DNA of 64,000 nt. It comes from Octopus vulgaris. Lineage: Eukaryota. Of the stretch, positions 60,841 through 64,000 are shown piece by piece. A program made the translations under genes and the position numbers. The stretch lies in assembly GCA_951406725.2 (NCBI GenBank), contig OX597824.1:56172001-56236000 (forward strand), read 5' to 3'. The stretch's first letter is position 1. Each line of letters starts with the position of its first letter. The notes beneath the pieces are model-generated. The model did no database searches. It saw nothing but the letters and a program-made list of their open reading frames with translations, and was not told where the DNA came from.

Positions 60841-63800
60841 TGTTGTGGAAGGATTCCAATCACCCCCAAGTGACTTAAAGTGGACTAACTCATTGTTATA
60901 AAACAAAGAACTGAGCAATTGACAGTTCGTGTTGGGAGCAGCTCACTGTGAGCCTTTAATATAGTGTTGTGTAATAGTAATAATAGTGCGTCATGTATAT
61001 ACTTTCTTCCCCCCTGCTTTGTTATATTATATATCCAATACAAGGATACAAAAAGTGGCAATGAGTTGTTTGAAGCTTGCATTGGACATTTTTTTTTTTG
61101 GTACAAAAGCAAAGTAAAAATCGTTTTAACAATAAAGGCTTATTGGCTTCCATGGTGCAGTTGCAACAGCAACTACAGCAACAACAAAACCAACAGTTGC
61201 TGAAATTAATGTTGAAAAAGTCTGAAAATACTTCAAGTTTGTACTCACCAGACAGCATAGAAAACTCAGTTGAAGAATTCAGCTATAATCCAGAAGAACA
61301 ATTACCTTCTCTGCATATTTTCGTAGATACTAAGAAATCTTCAAAGAAGAGTGTAAAAGTTGGTCTGACAAGAAAAAAGTATGACTACTTTTAAGAAAGT
61401 TATCCCCTACCAAACACAAAAAATATATTAACTACATTCCGCTGAAAAAGTCAGGTGAAACAATATTTTATTGAAAATTTTCAGTGAAAGAAGTTCCCTG
61501 GCAATGTTTAAATTTGGTCAAAAAAGATGAAGAAAATTTTGTTATCTATGCTGGAGTGGTTAACAGAGAGTATGAGAAATTCAAATTGAATGAGTTGACT
61601 AAGTCTTTAATTGAAGGTGTGCCGAGTGATACAGCAGATCACTGTGATGAACCAGGATCATTAAAAACAGTTCCTCATCTATTAAGTTCACTTGAGTTAA
61701 ATGTTTTAGTTAGAGACATGGATTCAACAAAAAGGTCAGAACTACTGGGCTTCAGGTTGAAACAATAGAATCATTTCCATGATGGTGTAAAATGCATACA
61801 GAATTACATAAATTTTTTACAGAGAAAGATTGTATTTGTTTTTTTGTAATGTTGAAGGACTCCAACGTGAGATGGGGTATGGCCATAATCCTGAAGAATG
61901 GAGACTCTTCATAGATTCCAGCAGCAAAGCAAGCCTAAAAGCTGTTTTGCTGCATAATGGCAATCAAAAACCTTCAATACTACCAGCACATGCTGTAGGA
62001 TTAAAGGAAACTTATGAATCAATGGATAAAATTTTGTACTTGATTAAATATTCTGAGCACAAGTGGAATATATGCGGGGACTTGAAAGTTATTGGTTTGC
62101 TTCTTGGGTTGCAAATGGGGTATATCAGTGCTTTTTGTGCTTTTGGAACAGCAGAGAAGACAAGCATCACTATGATCAGAAAGAATGTCCAAAGAGAAGT
62201 GGTTTCACTCCAGGGAGATACAATGTTAAATATATCCCTTTAGTTGACCCTCAGAAAATTTATCTTCCTCCCTTACACATTAAACTTGGTTTGTTTAAGA
62301 ATTTTGTTAAGGCCATGAATGAAGATTGTGAAGGATTTAAATATCTCAGTGAAAAATTTGTTTCTAGCAAGAGTGAAGCTAAGATCAAAGCTGGTGTTTT
62401 TAATGGACCAGAAATTTGCACACTAATTTGTGATGAGCTTTTTCAAGAAAAATTGAGCCCAATAGAGAAAACTGCCTGGGAAAAGTTTGTTTCTATTGTA
62501 AAAAATTTTGGAGGAAATGAAAAGTCATCTAACTACATTGCAATTGTGAATGACTTTTTGAAAGCTTGTAAGCAACTTGGGGCAAGAATGTCTCTAAAAA
62601 TTCATTTTCTCCACTCTCATCTTGACTTTTTTCCACCCAATAGGGTGGTGTAAGTGATGAGCATAGTGAACAATTTCATCAAGAAATCAAAGAGCTAGAA
62701 AGCCGCTACAGAGGCAGACTTACACCAAACATACTGATGGACTACTGCTGGTTTTTAAAACGAGAAACAGACATGCAACATAAGTGTAAAAGAAGACGCC
62801 AAAGCTATTTTTGAAAAACATAAAATTAATGATATTCACTTCACACTTTTGTTTCATGTTTTATTGGTTTTAGAGCTACTTGTCCACCTAGTTATAATTG
62901 TTCTTATACCAAATAACAGTAATTTATCCTTAACATAACATTCATGGATTTTCACATTATTGTAATTTTGATAGCAGTATAATAATGATAGCACAAAGAC
63001 ATGACACGCTAGAGCAAAAATGATTGCAGATTCTGAATCAGTGCTTTCAATTTACCTATAAGCACTAGTTTGTCTAATAGTAGCAAAAATTTTTTCACCA
63101 ATAATTATCGGTGACAAAAAATATGAATGAGCCTCAAAGAAAACTTGTGTATGTAAAAATTAATAACAAACGGAAAGTTATAATTGGATACAGACAACAA
63201 CATCTCAATAATTAACACAGATACATGGAAAAGGATCAGGAGGCCTAAATTAAATGAAACCCTGAAAATTGCCCATGGTGTTGCAGGAAAAAATTATATT
63301 TAAGGGTGAATTAATTAATAACATTACATTTTGTGAAAAAAATCTTAAAAGCTAAAGCTTTTGCATTAAATAATACAACAAACTTACTGGGTACTGACTG
63401 GATGGAATTGTTTGATTTATGGGACCTCCCCATAAATCTGTTTTGTAAAAATGTGTATGGTTTTTCTTGCTGTACAAATAAGTTATCAGACGAATTGAAA
63501 AAAAATTTTTTGATATTATTTCTAAAGTTCTGTCTGATAAATTAGACAATAAACTGCAGCAAGACAAAGGTGCAGTTTCAAATAAAAGAAAACACCAATA
63601 TTTAAAGAAAAAATTAACTGTACTGTTCGCAGTGTTAAAACAGGTTAACTTAGAGTTAGAGAGACTAGAAAAATATTGGAGTTATCCAAAAAGTGGAATA
63701 TAGTGATTGGGCATCACCAACTGTGTTTGTTAAGAAAAAGAATTAAAAAATCAGTGTGCTGATTTTTTTCACTGGAATTGAACACTAAGCGTAAGAGACA

Positions 63801-64000
63801 TTAAAACTCAGAGCGGAGTTCAATTCATAAAAGAGAAGATAGGGGAGACTAATTCTAAAAAGGGGAGATGTTGTGGAAGGATTCCAACCCCTCCCCAAGT
63901 GACTAAATGTGAACTGACTCGTTATAAAACAAGAACTGTGAGCAACTGGCAGTTCACTGTGAGCCTTTGATATAGAGTGTTGAGTCTCATGTAATAGTAG
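60841..64000 (+). mobile_element. Internally deleted Gypsy LTR retrotransposon (gag, protease and RT-start remnants); 3' LTR runs off the window
   Basis: LTRs start TGTTGTGGAAGGATTCCAA at 60841 and 63869. PBS-like AGTGGC at ~61054; PPT AAAAAGGGGAGA at 63857-63868. Gag-like EEFSYNPEE and RT start YSDWASPTVFVKKK. Confidence 0.9.
61605..63100 (+). mobile_element. Chapaev-type (CMC superfamily) DNA transposase remnant inside the Gypsy element
   Basis: EWRLFIDSS..SLKAVLLHNGN, ICGDLKV, CFLCFW, LPPLHIKLGL, MSLKIHFLHSHLDFFP and SDEH.E.FHQ. This is the DDE plus CxxC / LH / Hx4H signature. Several frameshifts and stops. Confidence 0.75.

Overview
AT-rich, microsatellite-rich animal genomic DNA. The repeat families suggest a coleoid cephalopod, probably Octopus; this is inferred from recognition, not a database search. 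One host gene is supported: six short + strand exons of VPS54 (GARP complex subunit, C-terminal part; 557 coding nt between 9693 and 49756). All junctions are AG/GT and the phases are consistent. The gene extends beyond both window ends, so nearly the whole window is probably intronic. The introns are filled with nested mobile DNA: RTE-clade LINE remnants, Penelope-like elements, Gypsy LTR remnants, R4/NeSL-type and Tx1-type LINE fragments, piggyBac, hAT, pogo/Tigger and Chapaev-type DNA elements, Helitrons, a tRNA-SINE and foldback elements. The best candidates for new biology are: (1) an intact ORF1-only retroelement whose 3' tail matches a Tx1-type LINE in the same window; (2) a PHD finger inserted inside the RTE reverse transcriptase; (3) a VPS54 exon that starts with a recursive-splice motif and lies in a three-exon, frame-preserving block bracketed by an inverted repeat pair; (4) variant hammerhead-like motifs in Penelope repeats. 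Mobile element boundaries were read by eye and are approximate unless a TSD or TIR is quoted.
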